A DNA stretch of 64,000 nucleotides, taken from assembly GCA_041234785.1 (NCBI GenBank), contig JBEROH010000015.1:3240-67239 (forward strand), written 5' to 3'. How positions within the stretch are numbered: the first letter of the stretch is position 1; each line of letters starts with the position of its first letter. The notes beneath the pieces were generated by a model. That model searched no databases. It was not told the DNA's origin and saw only the letters and a list, made by a program, of their open reading frames with translations. Position numbers and translations under genes: made by a program. Source of the DNA: Candidatus Actinomarina sp. (lineage in GTDB: Bacteria; Actinomycetota; Acidimicrobiia; Actinomarinales; Actinomarinaceae). Of the stretch, positions 36,930 to 47,546 are shown one piece after another.

Positions 36930-39105
36930 AAAAAATTACTATGACTTATTTTTAAAAGTATTTTTGTATAGTTTATTAATAATTTTTCTTAGAATTGAAC
37001 TGATCTTTTCTGGTTCTCTTCCTACAGGTGGAGATATGGGTGCACATATTGTACCTACTAGTTATTACTCAAATGAACTTTTTAGAAATTTTAATTTGTC
37101 TGGTTGGTCTAACGATTGGTTTGCCGGTTACCCACTTTATTTCTTTTATTTTCCTCTTCCAGCCATTATCGCAAGTATTTTTGATTTGATATTGAGTTTT
37201 GCAGTTTCATTTAAACTTATGGTGTTATTTTCTCAACTTTTGTTAGTCTCTTCAATTGAGCATTTATTAAGAAAAAAAAATGAATTTTCAGCACTTGGAT
37301 TCTTATCAGGTGTTGTATTTCTGTTAACGGAATCTTTTACTATTTATGGAGGAAATTTAGCATCTTCACTTGCTGGACAATATTCTTTTACTTATTCTCT
37401 AGCATTTGCAAATTTCTCAATTTATTTTCTTAAAAAACAGAACACTGATTTTTCATTAATTTTAAGTTCAATATTTTTTTCATGGACCCTTTTGTCTCAC
37501 ATCATACCTTTTATTATCTACTCTCCATTTTTTTTGTACTATTTCATAAAGCATAAATCTGAGGTAAGTACAAAATTTGTAAGTTATCTGATTTTTATAT
37601 TTTTATCATTAAAATTTTTGTTTTCATTGTTTTTCAACTTGGAATTTACAACCAATATGACTTACTCACCTTTTACACAAATTAGTGACTTAATCAAAAA
37701 TGATATGTTTCCGTTTATTTTTGGAGCAATAATTTTCATTTTAATAAATATAAAAAAGGGGGAAAAAGTTGTTTTTATTTTCAGTCTTTATTTAATATCA
37801 ACTTCTTTATTTTTATTTTTTTACGTCCCTGAAGGAGCTCTTTGGAATGGGAGATTGATTCCATTTTTTAATTTAGGCCTCATTATTTTATTTTTTCAAA
37901 ATTTCGAAAATTATATTGAATCAATATTAAAAAATGTATCGAACTATTTAATTCTTCCTGTTACTTTATTTGTCATAAATATTACGTTATTTTTTATGTA
38001 TTTTGAAAAATGGTATGAATTTTACTCAATTCCAACAATGACTGTAATTCTGATACTTTTTTTAATAACAGTATTTTCTTTTCAAGATTATAAAAATTTA
38101 TTACTAGTTTCTATATTGACTCTCGTTATTTCAACGGTTAGTTTTTTACCACACTGGATAAATTGGAATTTTACTGGTTATGAATCAAAATCAAGTTGGA
38201 ATGATATCGAAACTTTATATGAAGAATTACAGCAACTGAGTCCTGGAAGAATTATGTGGGAGCCAAATCCTGATTTAAATAAATACGGTACCCCAATGGT
38301 TTTGATGACAATCCCAATGTTTACAGATCACTCAAGTGTTGAAGGGCTATATTTTGATTCAAGCATTACGACCCCGTATCATTTTCTTACAGTCTCTGGC
38401 TTAGCAGAAAAACCTTCAAACCCAGTTGGAGGTTTGAGCTACATTAATGGTAATTTTGATAAAGGCGTCAGACTCATGGAAGAACTTGGTGTTGATTACT
38501 TTATTGCGTATACAGATAGTATTAAAGAAAAAGCATTAAAATCTGAAAAACTTGAGTTAGCTAGATCAACAGATATTTTTACTGTTTTTTCACTCAAATC
38601 TGAAAAAGTAACACTAGTTGACAAGGAATTATATATTTTTAAAAAGGAAAAATTTTTAGATAGGGTGACGTCTTCTGTATTTAAAAAAACTGATAAAGAA
38701 AGTTTTTTAGATATTTCATTTGATGCATTTTTAAATGAGTCAAATTTTAAAATTATAGAAAACTATGTTAATGAAAGTGATGAAACCTCAGAACAAAGTA
38801 ACTTGATTGTTTCAGACTTAAAAATTGATAACAGCAAAATTGCTTTTAAAACAAATCAAGTCAATCAATTGCATTTGATAAAAGTTTCTTATTTCCCAAA
38901 TTGGAGAATTATTAATGGAGAGGGCCCATATCGAATATCACCTTCTTTTATGGCAGTTATTCCACATGAACAAAATGTTGAAATAGTTTTTGAACATACT
39001 CCTTTAGAAAGGTTTGTTACAGTTATTGCATTTACTGCACTATTTTCAGCTATATTTATTTCATATAAAAAAAATATATTTGAAAAGAAAGCAAAAGTTG
39101 TTTAA
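36916..39105 (+). CDS. large polytopic membrane protein, probable GT-C-type polyprenol-phosphate-sugar-dependent glycosyltransferase
   Basis: 729-aa ORF with about 13 N-terminal TM segments and an early LPTGGDMGAH motif. A soluble domain of roughly 300 aa follows, then a final TM helix. The family assignment is inferred from architecture and neighbours. Confidence 0.6.
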   Translation: MNLLKKNYYDLFLKVFLYSLLIIFLRIELIFSGSLPTGGDMGAHIVPTSYYSNELFRNFNLSGWSNDWFAGYPLYFFYFPLPAIIASIFDLILSFAVSFKLMVLFSQLLLVSSIEHLLRKKNEFSALGFLSGVVFLLTESFTIYGGNLASSLAGQYSFTYSLAFANFSIYFLKKQNTDFSLILSSIFFSWTLLSHIIPFIIYSPFFLYYFIKHKSEVSTKFVSYLIFIFLSLKFLFSLFFNLEFTTNMTYSPFTQISDLIKNDMFPFIFGAIIFILINIKKGEKVVFIFSLYLISTSLFLFFYVPEGALWNGRLIPFFNLGLIILFFQNFENYIESILKNVSNYLILPVTLFVINITLFFMYFEKWYEFYSIPTMTVILILFLITVFSFQDYKNLLLVSILTLVISTVSFLPHWINWNFTGYESKSSWNDIETLYEELQQLSPGRIMWEPNPDLNKYGTPMVLMTIPMFTDHSSVEGLYFDSSITTPYHFLTVSGLAEKPSNPVGGLSYINGNFDKGVRLMEELGVDYFIAYTDSIKEKALKSEKLELARSTDIFTVFSLKSEKVTLVDKELYIFKKEKFLDRVTSSVFKKTDKESFLDISFDAFLNESNFKIIENYVNESDETSEQSNLIVSDLKIDNSKIAFKTNQVNQLHLIKVSYFPNWRIINGEGPYRISPSFMAVIPHEQNVEIVFEHTPLERFVTVIAFTALFSAIFISYKKNIFEKKAKVV

Positions 39106-39562
39106 AGAAATAAAATCATTATCAATTTTTACTAGCAATTCTTCATTTGTTCAGCTTTTAAGGACTTATTTAGTTGGGGCATTTAATTTAATTTTTGGAT
39201 TATTTTTAACTTTTATTTTCCAGTTTTATATTTTAGTTTTTATTAATTTCCCATTGAGAACTTATACGACTAATGTGTTGTCTTTTTTTATAGGAGTCTT
39301 TGTTTCTTATTTTATTTCAAGAAAAATTATTTTCAAACTTCGAATTTTCGGTGGTAGCAGTAAAGAGTTCTATAACTTTTTTTTAATTAATTTAATTAAT
39401 TTATTTGTCCCAAATCTTATTTGGTTTATTATTAATCTTTTTAATGAACGCTATCAACAAGATGAAGTTTGGTTTTTAATTATTACTGTTTTAATTGCTG
39501 GTGTAATTCTTCCTATTAAGTATCTTTTTTATAAATTTTTTGTTTTTAAAGACTCTTTATAA
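39098..39562 (+). CDS. GtrA-family small membrane protein (putative polyprenol-phosphate-sugar flippase)
   Basis: 4-TM ORF with GtrA-like features (LLRTYLVGAFNLIFG). The track start of 39014 lies inside the upstream gene. I prefer TTG at 39098, which gives an 8-nt overlap. Confidence 0.65.
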   Translation: MFKEIKSLSIFTSNSSFVQLLRTYLVGAFNLIFGLFLTFIFQFYILVFINFPLRTYTTNVLSFFIGVFVSYFISRKIIFKLRIFGGSSKEFYNFFLINLINLFVPNLIWFIINLFNERYQQDEVWFLIITVLIAGVILPIKYLFYKFFVFKDSL

Positions 39563-40266
39563 AATCTAATTTTTAATTTAATCAAACTTTTTATTGTTCT
39601 GGGTACTCTTTTGTAGATAACGGAAACGCTAGGTCTTAATTCATTTATTTTTGCTGGAACTTCTTTAATTTTTCCATTATTTTTTTCTATTCTAAGTAGT
39701 AATTCTGTATCGAATATATCTTGAGTAGAAATTACTGAATGAATATGATCATTAAGATATATTTTTTTTACAGCTTTCATTCCATGAGTATCAGATAAAT
39801 TAGTTCTAAATAATACTTTAAGAATTATTACAAAAAAATTAGTTGCGAGTTTTCTAATAAATCTTCTACCATCATCAGATGTCGCTAATCGTTTAGAAGC
39901 TGTAATGGCTGCATATTCATTTTCTAATTCGAGACATTGATTGAGAAAAGATTCAGAGTAGTAGTCGATATCAAATGAAACTACAATTTCATTTTTTGCA
40001 CTACCAAAGCCTCTTTTTAACGCCATCCCATAATTTGGGATTGATTCTGAAATAACTTTAACTTCATTATGTTCTTCTGAAAAACTTTTTAATATTTTAT
40101 ATGTATTATCAGTAGATCCATTCTCTGAAAAAATAATTTCAAATGATAAGCCAGTACGTTGTGCCATAGCATATATTGCGGCAGCAGATTCTAATACTAT
40201 TTCTTCTTCATTGTAAACAGGTACTACAACTGAAAAATTTTCAAAATTAAACTTTGATACCATCAT
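39529..40266 (-). CDS. family 2 glycosyltransferase, polyprenol-phosphate sugar synthase (Ppm1/GtrB/DPM1-like)
   Basis: 245-aa ORF with the GT2 N-terminus VVVPVYNEEE and the DxD-like motifs SENGSTDNT and FDIDYY. Confidence 0.8.
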   Translation of the reverse strand: MMVSKFNFENFSVVVPVYNEEEIVLESAAAIYAMAQRTGLSFEIIFSENGSTDNTYKILKSFSEEHNEVKVISESIPNYGMALKRGFGSAKNEIVVSFDIDYYSESFLNQCLELENEYAAITASKRLATSDDGRRFIRKLATNFFVIILKVLFRTNLSDTHGMKAVKKIYLNDHIHSVISTQDIFDTELLLRIEKNNGKIKEVPAKINELRPSVSVIYKRVPRTIKSLIKLKIRFYKESLKTKNL

Positions 40267-40284
40267 GAGTACAATAATTCAGTA

Positions 40285-41619
40285 ATGGAGAAAAATAAAC
40301 TAGATTTAATTTTTAAATCATATGATATCAGAGGGGTTTTTGGTGAGACCTTAACTCCAATTGAGGCTTTCAAAATAGGTAGTGCATTTGCTGAGTTTGT
40401 TGATAGTGAGTCAATAATTGTTGGACATGACGGAAGAATTTCTCGTTTTGATATGTTAAATGCTGTTGCGTCAGGCATACAAGATTATGGCAAAGAAATT
40501 ATTTATGTTGGAATGGTGCCAACTGACATTGTTTATTCACTATCAGGACTTTTACAAAAACCTGGCATAGTAATTACTGCTTCTCACAATCCTAAAGAAT
40601 ATAATGGTTTAAAATTTTGTAATAGCGGAGCTGTTCCAATCGGTGAGTTCTCTGGATTAAATAAAATTAAAGAAATTGCTCAGACCTTAAATACAGCAAC
40701 AATAAGAGAATTCAACTCACATGTTACTAATGAGATAGATTTATACTTTGATCATCTTAATAATTTAGTTAATCCTGAAAAAATTTCAAAAAACTTAAAA
40801 TTTGGTATTGACGGTGGAAATGGAGCAATTGGTTCTGTGTTTGAAAGACTATCAAAGGATTATCAATTTGATTTTCTACCTCTCTATTTAGATGTTGATG
40901 GCACATTTCCAAATCATCCCGCAGATCCTTCTAATGAAGAAAATTTACAAGATTTGATTTCACTTGTTTTAAAAAATAATCTTAACTTTGGTGTAGCTTT
41001 TGATGGAGATGCTGATAGGGCAGTTTTTGTAGATGATTTAGGTAGAGTTCTTTCCGGAAGCATTATGACAACCATTATTGCAGATTACCTTTCTCGAGCT
41101 AACAAAAATCTTAAAGTCGTTCATAATATCAATGTATCGCCACATGCTTTATCTATATTGAAAGACAAAAACATTAATTTATTTAAATGCAAAGTTGGAC
41201 ATTCTAATATTAAAGCTCTTATGAGAGAGGTAGATGCAGATTTTGGAGGAGAACACAGTGCGCACTTTTATTACAAAGACAATTATTTTGCCGATTCTGC
41301 AATAGTTACTTTGCTAATGTTTATGTCAATAATTTCTGCTGAAAAATTAAAAGTTAGTGATATTGTTAATAGCTACAACTTCCCTCCTTCATCAGGTGAA
41401 ATAAATTTTAAAGTCAATGATGTAAGTGAGTCAATTGATAAGATTACAAAAATATTTGAAGGTGAATTTGATTTTTTAGATGGAATCTCATTAAAAACAG
41501 CTGATTTTTGGTTTAATGTTAGAGGTTCTAATACTGAACCAAAATTAAGGATTAATATTGAAGCAAAATCTCATGGAAAATTAAAAGAAGTTTTGGATAT
41601 AATTTCCAGTACAATTTAA
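40285..41619 (+). CDS. phosphomannomutase/phosphoglucomutase
   Basis: 444-aa ORF with the active-site motif TASHNPKEYNGLKF and the metal motif FDGDADR. Confidence 0.9.
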   Translation: MEKNKLDLIFKSYDIRGVFGETLTPIEAFKIGSAFAEFVDSESIIVGHDGRISRFDMLNAVASGIQDYGKEIIYVGMVPTDIVYSLSGLLQKPGIVITASHNPKEYNGLKFCNSGAVPIGEFSGLNKIKEIAQTLNTATIREFNSHVTNEIDLYFDHLNNLVNPEKISKNLKFGIDGGNGAIGSVFERLSKDYQFDFLPLYLDVDGTFPNHPADPSNEENLQDLISLVLKNNLNFGVAFDGDADRAVFVDDLGRVLSGSIMTTIIADYLSRANKNLKVVHNINVSPHALSILKDKNINLFKCKVGHSNIKALMREVDADFGGEHSAHFYYKDNYFADSAIVTLLMFMSIISAEKLKVSDIVNSYNFPPSSGEINFKVNDVSESIDKITKIFEGEFDFLDGISLKTADFWFNVRGSNTEPKLRINIEAKSHGKLKEVLDIISSTI

Positions 41620-41626
41620 GTTAATT

Positions 41627-42619
41627 ATGTTAGAGCACGTAAAAAATCTTGGCAATCAATTATTAGAAACATTAGAAAAATCTAGTAATTTTAAATCAAT
41701 ACAAACTCAAGATGTTCTAATTGTTGGAATGGGTGGTTCAGGAGTTGCTGGCGATGTACTTAAACTTGCTTTTGATTGCTACACTGAAGTCAACGCAACG
41801 GTTGTCAAAACTTATAATATACCTCAAAACCTTCTTTCAAGAAATCCACATTGTTTATTCTTATCTTATTCTGGTAATACCGAAGAAACCTTAAGTGTGC
41901 TTGAGTCAGCAATTAAATTTAATCTTGAGTGGTCAGTAGTCTCGTCTGGGGGTAAGTTGTTAAATCTAGCAAAGGAACATAAAAAATCTTATGTACTGGT
42001 ACCAAATGGACTTCAACCAAGAGCAGCTTTTGGATACATGGCTAAAGCAGCTTTAAGCTTCTATCCTGACAAGGAAAAACCACATTTTGAAGAAGAATGT
42101 TTTGAGGCAGGAACTTATTTGAACTCTCTTCTAAGTCAAGAAGATAGAGACCTTATACTTTATTCTAATTCAATTGCAAAAACTATAAATAAAAAAACAT
42201 CTGTTATATATGGTGGAACAGATTTAACTTATTTAGTTGCACAACGTTGGAAAACACAAATAAATGAAAATTCAAAATCTAAAGCTTTTGTGGGATTCAT
42301 GCCAGAAGTGCACCACAATGAAATTCTTTCTTGGGAATCAAACAAAGAAGAATCAAAAAACAATTACCAACTTATCTTTTTAAGAGATGAAAACGAACAT
42401 CCACAAGTAAAAAAACGGTTTGAATTAACAAAAGAAATTTTGGGGGAAATGGTTGATATAATTGAAATTAAAAATGTTGGTTCATCAAATATAGTTAAAT
42501 CAATATTTCATTTAACCTTAATAGGTGACTTAGTTAGTGTTTTTATAGCAAATGAACTAAATGTAGATCCATATAACATTGTGTCTATAGAAAAATTAAA
42601 ATCATTATTGAAAGGGTAG
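41627..42619 (+). CDS. SIS-domain bifunctional phosphoglucose/phosphomannose isomerase
   Basis: 330-aa ORF with a SIS motif (VGMGGSGVAGD, SYSGNTEET). It sits between pmm and ahcY, as in actinobacterial man clusters. Confidence 0.8.
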   Translation: MLEHVKNLGNQLLETLEKSSNFKSIQTQDVLIVGMGGSGVAGDVLKLAFDCYTEVNATVVKTYNIPQNLLSRNPHCLFLSYSGNTEETLSVLESAIKFNLEWSVVSSGGKLLNLAKEHKKSYVLVPNGLQPRAAFGYMAKAALSFYPDKEKPHFEEECFEAGTYLNSLLSQEDRDLILYSNSIAKTINKKTSVIYGGTDLTYLVAQRWKTQINENSKSKAFVGFMPEVHHNEILSWESNKEESKNNYQLIFLRDENEHPQVKKRFELTKEILGEMVDIIEIKNVGSSNIVKSIFHLTLIGDLVSVFIANELNVDPYNIVSIEKLKSLLKG

Positions 42620-42620
42620 T

Positions 42621-43865
42621 ATGTCAAGTATTAAGGATAAAAGCTTAGCCGACAATGGTGCGTCAGAAATAAATTGGGCGAAAAGACAAATGCAAGTTTT
42701 AGAAGAAATTAGAGTTGACTTTGAAAACTCAAAGCCATTAAACGGGTTAAGTATTGGTGCTTGTATGCACGTTACAAAAGAAACTGCAAATTTAATGTTA
42801 ACTTTGAAAGCTGGAGGAGCAAAGATTGCATTGTGTGCTTCAAATCCTCTTTCAACTAATGATTCAGTTGCTGCGTATTTGGCTGAGAATGATGTTGAAG
42901 TTCATGCTATAAGGGGTGTCTCTAATGAAGAATTTTTTAAACACTTAAATTTGGTATTGGATACAAAACCAGATATTACAATGGATGATGGAGCTGATTT
43001 AGTAACTTTGTTGCATACTTCACGATCAGATATTCCAATTCTTGGATCTATGGAAGAAACAACAACTGGAGTTATTCGTTTAAAATCTATGGAAAAAAAT
43101 AATAAGTTGAGATTCCCAGTTGTTGCAGTTAATGATTCAGATACAAAACATTTGTTTGATAATAGATTTGGCACCGGGCAAAGTTCTATGGATGGTGTCG
43201 TAAGAGCTACAGACCTTTTAATTGCCGGTCTTAATGTTGTAGTTTTTGGATTTGGAGATTGTGGTAAAGGTGTAGCAGAAAGAGCATACGGTATGGGTGC
43301 TAAAGTAACAATTGTAGAGCCTGACTCCGTAAGAGCATTGGAAGCACTGATGCATGGTTACGAAGTAAAAACAAGTTTACATGCAGCAGAAATTGCTGAT
43401 GTAATTGTTACTGTTACTGGCAATAGACACGTCTTAGATAAAGAGCATTTTAATGTTATGAAAAATGGAGTTGTTTTAGCAAACGCTGGTCATTTTGATG
43501 TTGAAATCAATTTAATATCTTTAAAAGAAGGTTCTTCAGAAGTTAAAAGAGTTAGAGAACACGTTGATAGTTATAATTTCAATAATAAAGAGATACTCAT
43601 TCTTGGAGAAGGTAGATTGGTCAACTTAACTGTTGCAACAGGTCACCCAGCATCAGTGATGGATATGTCTTTTGCAAATCAAGCATTAGCAAGTGAATGG
43701 ATTAAAGATAATCATAGTGATTTGAAAAATGCAGTATACACACTTCCTAAATCGGTTGATCAAAAAATAGCAGCAACAAAATTAAAACTCATGGGTGGAG
43801 AACTTGAAATGTTAACTACCGAGCAAGAAGAATATCTTGATTCATGGGAGTTTGGCACCAGCTAA
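42621..43865 (+). CDS. ahcY: adenosylhomocysteinase
   Basis: 414-aa ORF, typical AhcY (EETTTGV, GFGDCGKG NAD motif, GHFDVEI). Confidence 0.93.
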   Translation: MSSIKDKSLADNGASEINWAKRQMQVLEEIRVDFENSKPLNGLSIGACMHVTKETANLMLTLKAGGAKIALCASNPLSTNDSVAAYLAENDVEVHAIRGVSNEEFFKHLNLVLDTKPDITMDDGADLVTLLHTSRSDIPILGSMEETTTGVIRLKSMEKNNKLRFPVVAVNDSDTKHLFDNRFGTGQSSMDGVVRATDLLIAGLNVVVFGFGDCGKGVAERAYGMGAKVTIVEPDSVRALEALMHGYEVKTSLHAAEIADVIVTVTGNRHVLDKEHFNVMKNGVVLANAGHFDVEINLISLKEGSSEVKRVREHVDSYNFNNKEILILGEGRLVNLTVATGHPASVMDMSFANQALASEWIKDNHSDLKNAVYTLPKSVDQKIAATKLKLMGGELEMLTTEQEEYLDSWEFGTS

Positions 43866-43867
43866 CT

Positions 43868-46438
43868 TTGAATTTATTTAAAAAGGTATTATCAGTCGGA
43901 AGCGGAAAGCTTGTATCAGAGCTCAATCAACTAGTCTTAGAGATAAACAGCCTAGAATCTGAAGTTGAAAAACTTACTGATGAAGAGGTTAAAAGCAAGT
44001 TTTTAGCTTTAAAAGATAGTTTAAATAGTGATTCGAAAAACATTGAGGTCCAAGCCTTTGCGTATATTAGAGAAGCAGCAAAAAGAGCTTTAGGTCAGCG
44101 ACATTATGATGTGCAGTTATTTGGAGGATTAGTTCTACTAAGAAACAAAATTGCTGAAATGAAAACAGGTGAAGGAAAAACTCTAGTCTCTACTCTTCCA
44201 ATAGCTTTGATGGCACTTTTTGGAAAAGGTGTGCATGTAGTAACAGTTAATGAATATTTGGCAAAGCGTGATGCGGAGTGGATGGCACCAGTTTTCAATT
44301 TTTTGGGATTAGATGTTGGCCTAATTTATTCCAATCAAGATTATCAGGAAAAAATTAACGCTTACAAAAAACACATAACCTATGGCACGAATAATGAGTT
44401 TGGTTTTGATTATTTACGCGACAATATGGCTGTTTCTAAAGAACAGCTTGTCCAAGGTGAATTATTTTATTGTGTTATTGATGAAGTGGACTCAATATTA
44501 GTTGATGAAGCAAGAACACCTTTAATTATTTCAGGAAAAGTTGATGATTCAACAAAATGGTATTCAGAACTTTCAAAAATCGTTAAAAACATGAAAAAAG
44601 ATATACATTTTGAAATTGATGAAGCAAAGCGACAAGTCCAACCAACTGAAATTGGGGTTGAGTTTGTTGAAGCGAGATTAGGAATTGATAATCTTTATGA
44701 AAATACAAAAACAAATTTTGTACATTATCTAACCGCTACTCTTCGGGCTCATACAATTTTTGTAAAAGACGTTGATTACATTATTGAAGATGGACAGATT
44801 AAGATAGTTGATGAATTCACGGGCAGAGTCTTAGAAGGTAGAAGATACTCAGATGGACTACACCAAGCAATTGAAGCAAAAGAAAATGTAAGAATTCAAG
44901 ATGAAAACCAAACCCTAGCATCTATTACGTATCAAAATTACTTTCGAATGTATGAAAAACTTGCTGGAATGACAGGTACTGCAAAAACTGAAGAAGAGGA
45001 ATTAATTAAAATTTACAACTTAGAAGTAATTGAAATTCCAACTAATTTACCAATTTTGAGAATAGATCAACAAGATGCCGTTTATAAAACAAAGAAGGCA
45101 AAACTCGATGCTGTTATCAATGACATACAAGAAAGAAATAAAAAAGGCCAACCGGTGTTACTAGGAACCATATCTGTAGAAGCTTCAGAGGAAATATCAA
45201 AAATACTTACCTCTAAAGGAATTAAACATAATGTATTAAATGCTAAAAATCACGAACAAGAAGCTCAAATTATTTCTCAAGCAGGGAGACTCGGTGCAGT
45301 TACTGTAGCAACCAATATGGCAGGAAGAGGAGTTGACATCCAGCTCGGTGGCAATCCTGAAGAAATGGCTATCCAGCAGCAAAAATTACAAAATAAAACT
45401 GGAGACGAGTTATTTTTTCAGGAGAAATTAAAAGAATTAGAAGTACAAACAAAAAATGAGAAGAAGAATGTTCTAGCATTGGGTGGTCTTTATGTTCTTG
45501 GAACAGAAAGACATGACTCAAGAAGAATTGATAACCAATTACGTGGACGATCGGGCAGACAAGGAGATCCTGGTGAGTCTAGATTTTTTATTTCTTTACA
45601 GGATGAATTAATGCGTAGATTTCAAGGTGAAAGAATTGAGTCGATAATGAATAAATTAAATTTACCTGATGAAGAGAGAATAGAGCAATCAATGGTTACC
45701 AAAAGTATTGAAAGAGCGCAAGCACAAGTTGAATCTCTTAATTTTGAAATTAGAAAGAATGTACTTAAATTTGATCAAGTCTTAAATCAACAACGTGAAG
45801 TAATTTATCGATGGAGAAGGCAGTTACTAAGATCAATGAGTATTGAGGAATTAATCACAGGTTGGTTGAACGATGTTATAAAAATTATTTCCGCAAATAT
45901 TGAAAATTATAAAAGGAATTATGATTCATTGGATGAGTTTAAAGAATTGATTTCTGAAGAGTTAAATGAATTACTAAGTGAACCAAAAAAGAAAGAGTTT
46001 TTAGGCAGTTTAATAATTGATGATGAGCTTGATGTTAAAGTTGAGTTGCAAAATTTATTTGAAAAAAACAAACTGCAAGATCAGAATAATTTTTGGAATT
46101 TAGCTCGAGCATCCTCCCTTTCATTTATAGATCAAGCCTGGAGAGATCATTTATCCGAAATGGATTATCTAAGGTCTGGTATTGGTTTAAGAGCTATGGG
46201 ACAGCGTGATCCATTAGTTGAGTATCAAAATGAAGGCTACGACTTATTTGAAGACTTAATTAACAAAGTTAAATTTTCAGTTATAAGAATTTTGTTTAAC
46301 TTTGACAAAAATTTAATTATTCAAAAAGATAAAAAGCAAGATAATGTTACCGAAAAGCAAAGTATAGATGGTAAAGTTGGAAGAAATGATTCGTGTCCTT
46401 GTGGATCCGGTAAGAAGTACAAAAAATGCCATGGTTAA
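43868..46438 (+). CDS. secA: preprotein translocase ATPase SecA
   Basis: SecA motifs are present (MKTGEGKT, DEVDSILVDEARTPLIISG) together with the C-terminal zinc motif CPCGSGKKYKKCHG. The track start is ATG at 43844, but TTG at 43868 gives an N-terminus (MNLFKKVLSVGSGK) that aligns better with SecA. Confidence 0.92.
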   Translation: MNLFKKVLSVGSGKLVSELNQLVLEINSLESEVEKLTDEEVKSKFLALKDSLNSDSKNIEVQAFAYIREAAKRALGQRHYDVQLFGGLVLLRNKIAEMKTGEGKTLVSTLPIALMALFGKGVHVVTVNEYLAKRDAEWMAPVFNFLGLDVGLIYSNQDYQEKINAYKKHITYGTNNEFGFDYLRDNMAVSKEQLVQGELFYCVIDEVDSILVDEARTPLIISGKVDDSTKWYSELSKIVKNMKKDIHFEIDEAKRQVQPTEIGVEFVEARLGIDNLYENTKTNFVHYLTATLRAHTIFVKDVDYIIEDGQIKIVDEFTGRVLEGRRYSDGLHQAIEAKENVRIQDENQTLASITYQNYFRMYEKLAGMTGTAKTEEEELIKIYNLEVIEIPTNLPILRIDQQDAVYKTKKAKLDAVINDIQERNKKGQPVLLGTISVEASEEISKILTSKGIKHNVLNAKNHEQEAQIISQAGRLGAVTVATNMAGRGVDIQLGGNPEEMAIQQQKLQNKTGDELFFQEKLKELEVQTKNEKKNVLALGGLYVLGTERHDSRRIDNQLRGRSGRQGDPGESRFFISLQDELMRRFQGERIESIMNKLNLPDEERIEQSMVTKSIERAQAQVESLNFEIRKNVLKFDQVLNQQREVIYRWRRQLLRSMSIEELITGWLNDVIKIISANIENYKRNYDSLDEFKELISEELNELLSEPKKKEFLGSLIIDDELDVKVELQNLFEKNKLQDQNNFWNLARASSLSFIDQAWRDHLSEMDYLRSGIGLRAMGQRDPLVEYQNEGYDLFEDLINKVKFSVIRILFNFDKNLIIQKDKKQDNVTEKQSIDGKVGRNDSCPCGSGKKYKKCHG

Positions 46439-47546
46439 ATGATGAATAAAGAATTAAACATAAAAATAGATCAACTCAAAAAAAGGCTAGATTCAGCTAA
46501 GGAGTATCTTTGACTTTAAAAATAAAGAAAAATTATTAATAGAGCTTTCTAAAGAAATTAATGATAAAAATTTTTGGAACAACCAAAAGCGAGCACAAAT
46601 AGTTTCAATTCAAGCTTCAGAAATAGAAAAAACACTAACAAAACTTAAGTTAATTGAACAAGATATATTGGATATTAATGAGTTAATTAATATACCAAAT
46701 GAAAGTATTTCTGCCGAAAAAGAATATTCAATTGAAATTAATAATATTGAGAACAAGTTGAATGATATTGAAAATGAGGCTTTATATTTTGGTGAATACG
46801 ATAATTTAAATGCAGTTATAACTATTAATGCTGGCGCTGGTGGTGTTGATGCGCATGATTGGGCTGAAATGCTACTGAGAATGTATACAAGATTTCTTTC
46901 TTCCGAAAATATGAATTATCAAATTGAAGAAATATCACAAGGTGAAGAGGCGGGAATTAAATCTGCTTCTATAAGAGTTGAAGCTTACAGGGCGTATGCA
47001 ACTTTAGAAAGTGAGAGAGGAGTTCATAGGCTTGTAAGGATTAGCCCATTTGACAGCAATAAAAGAAGACATACAAGTTTTGCAGGAGTCGATGTTATTC
47101 CTCTCGTTGACCATACTGAAGAAATTGAGATTCAAGATGATGAAATTAGGATCGATGTGTATAGATCTTCAGGCGCGGGAGGGCAACATGTGAATACAAC
47201 AGATTCCGCTGTTAGAATTACTCATTTATTGTCCGGAATTGTTGTTGCCTGTCAAGCTGAGAGATCACAGTTGCAAAATAAAAATAGAGCTATAGAGCTA
47301 TTAAAAGCAAAGTTACTTTTAAAGAAAAGAGAAGATGAATTAAAAAAATTAAATGATATAAGAGGTGACCAGTATGAAGCTGGATGGGGTCGACAAATTA
47401 GATCTTACGTGTTGCAACCATATCAGCAAGTAAAAGATTCCAGAAGCAATACTGAAGTTGGAAATGTTCAAAATGTTCTTGACGGAGATATTAACATATT
47501 TATTAAAGAGTATCTAAAATGGCGTAGACAGGGAATAAATGATTAA
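46439..47546 (+). CDS. prfB: peptide chain release factor 2, expressed via programmed +1 frameshift at 46511
   Basis: Frame 0 (46439-46510) encodes MMNKELNIKIDQLKKRLDSAKEYL followed by TGA. The +1 frame from 46512 continues as DFKNKEKLL... into the track ORF 46668..47546, which carries the SPF and GGQ motifs. Confidence 0.9.
46499..46514 (+). promoter_or_regulatory. prfB recoding signal: SD-like AAGGAG, 3-nt spacer, CTT TGA C
   Basis: The sequence AAGGAGTATCTTTGAC was read directly. It has the same arrangement as the classical RF2 autoregulatory frameshift site. Confidence 0.85.
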
